Source of the DNA: a virus
Lineage: Duplodnaviria; Heunggongvirae; Uroviricota; Caudoviricetes
Reading direction: 5' to 3' (one strand)
IMG/VR virus record: IMGVR_UViG_3300036766_001364
Span: 1-64,000 of that record
DNA: 64,000 nucleotides
Positions 62,831 to 64,000 of the stretch are shown piece by piece (position 1 is the first letter of the stretch; each line of letters begins with the position of its first letter). The notes under the pieces were generated by a model that worked only from the letters and a program-made list of their open reading frames with translations, did no database searches and was not told the origin of the DNA. The position numbers were made by a program, and so were the translations under genes.

Positions 62831-64000
62831 AGGGCCGATCGAGCCGTTCACCGTCCGCGAACGCGCGGTCATCCGCGCGGGTCAAGCGTCGTTCCAGTTC
62901 TTCCTCATGCACATCTACCCGCTCTCGTTCGAGAAGCGCATGTGGAAGATGGCAGACGGTCAGAAGCACGCGTTCTCGCTCGGCTATATCCACTACCTGT
63001 GGGCGAAGATCGTCGAAGAGAACCCGCGCGCGTGCGTATTGGCGCCGCGCATGCACCTCAAGTCCACTGTCTTGAATCACGCATTCATCTTCTGGAAGCT
63101 CTTTGGAGCCAACGAGGATCACGACGCGATCGTCATATCGTACAAGGACGAGCTGGCGTCAGACCACGTCGAGAAGATCAAGAAGGCGATCGACGCCAAT
63201 GCCTTCTGTCGTTTTTGGAAGGACAATAAGCCGCTCGCCGAATCGATCGTCGACTACGATATCTCATTCGATGACGGGCACACGTGGAACGGTAAAGTGG
63301 ACGCGCATGGCATATTTTCGACCGTCCGTGGACTGCACCCGCGCACGGTCGTCTGCGACGACATCTTGAGCGACTTCGCGAACGCGCTCGAGCCCGTGCA
63401 GATAAAGCGCATCGACCAGATATTCCGCCAGTCGCTCGAGTCGCTCCCCGACGAGGCCGACAGCCTCGTGGTGATCGGAACGTCGCAGTCGTACGAAGAC
63501 ACGCTCTTCAAGCTGAAGAAGAACGAGCAGTACGCCTGGTTCAGGTTCCCGGCTGAGCTCCCCAACGGGTCCGTCCTCTGGCCCGAGAAGTTCGACGCGG
63601 CTCGGCTCGCGCGCACGAAGCGCCGCGTCGGCCCGACGGCGTACCAGGTCGAGTACCTGCTCGTCCCGTTCATGGCCGTCGACAGCTTCCTGCCCATCGA
63701 GGTCGTGCAGGCGTGCCTCGACCCACGGCTCAGGCAGTTCGAGCTCGATGCCGAGTTCGACTCAGCTGGGATCGCCGGAGTGTACGGCGGCATGGACATC
63801 GGAAAGAACGTCCATCCGAGCCACATATCGATCGGGGCGCTCATGCCGACGGGCGACATCATCCAGATCTACCAGCAGTTCCTCGACGGCATGGACTATC
63901 GATCGCAAGCCAGGCACGTCAAACACATCATCGATCACTTCGGGGTGAAGCGCTTCTACTACGACTCCACGCGGTCAGAGATGGACGATCGCGACATGAC
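62814..64000 (+). CDS. Terminase large subunit-like ATPase, N-terminal part; the ORF runs past the end of the window
   Basis: Frame opened at ATG 62814 (traced by hand; not one ORF in the track because of the window end); Walker-A-like ACVLAPRMHLKSTVL, Walker-B-like RTVVCDDILSD, motif III VVIGTSQ. Confidence 0.55.
   Translation, partial: MTTRARGPIEPFTVRERAVIRAGQASFQFFLMHIYPLSFEKRMWKMADGQKHAFSLGYIHYLWAKIVEENPRACVLAPRMHLKSTVLNHAFIFWKLFGANEDHDAIVISYKDELASDHVEKIKKAIDANAFCRFWKDNKPLAESIVDYDISFDDGHTWNGKVDAHGIFSTVRGLHPRTVVCDDILSDFANALEPVQIKRIDQIFRQSLESLPDEADSLVVIGTSQSYEDTLFKLKKNEQYAWFRFPAELPNGSVLWPEKFDAARLARTKRRVGPTAYQVEYLLVPFMAVDSFLPIEVVQACLDPRLRQFELDAEFDSAGIAGVYGGMDIGKNVHPSHISIGALMPTGDIIQIYQQFLDGMDYRSQARHVKHIIDHFGVKRFYYDSTRSEMDDRDM

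Overview
This window is 64 kb at roughly 65% GC. After a short left-end segment, almost every gene is on the + strand, tightly packed and often overlapping by 4-8 nt (ATGA/GTGA), with GGAGG-type ribosome-binding sites. It reads as the early/middle region of a large virulent-type phage, or a prophage of a high-GC host. The region from 1 to about 1350 is a repeat-rich, essentially non-coding end. Two short genes on the minus strand follow, then a divergent promoter at about 2375 and roughly 100 small early genes on the + strand. Several of these small genes form paralogous Cys-rich families. Recognisable genes in this stretch are an AAA+ ATPase, the RNA ligase RtcB, a HAD phosphatase, RNase HII, an SPFH (band-7) protein and a lipoprotein. 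A replication module runs from about 41.2 to 51 kb. It holds a UDG + 3'-5' exonuclease fusion and a family-A DNA polymerase domain, split by an interposed ORF, then a DnaB-like helicase, an MT-A70 N6-adenine methyltransferase, a DnaG-like primase, a sigma-like factor, a gp32-like zinc SSB and a RecA-like recombinase. The most striking part is a T4-like cytosine hypermodification island at about 51.4-59.1 kb. It contains a MazG-like dNTP pyrophosphatase, a NADAR-domain protein, a GT-B glycosyltransferase, a dCMP deaminase, a P-loop dNMP kinase and a ThyA-fold enzyme carrying the Asp signature of dCMP hydroxymethylases. The island also holds a C5-cytosine methyltransferase-like gene interrupted by a 362-aa LAGLIDADG intein inserted immediately before its catalytic Cys, and a free-standing NUMOD3 homing-endonuclease-like gene. 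A PD-(D/E)xK nuclease follows the island. A terminase large subunit-like ORF starts at 62814 and runs off the window. An AT-rich motif GTACTAnAAT (or TATATTAGTAC) recurs upstream of + strand genes and looks like a phage-specific promoter. All calls are from reading the sequence by eye and from motif memory; no searches were run.
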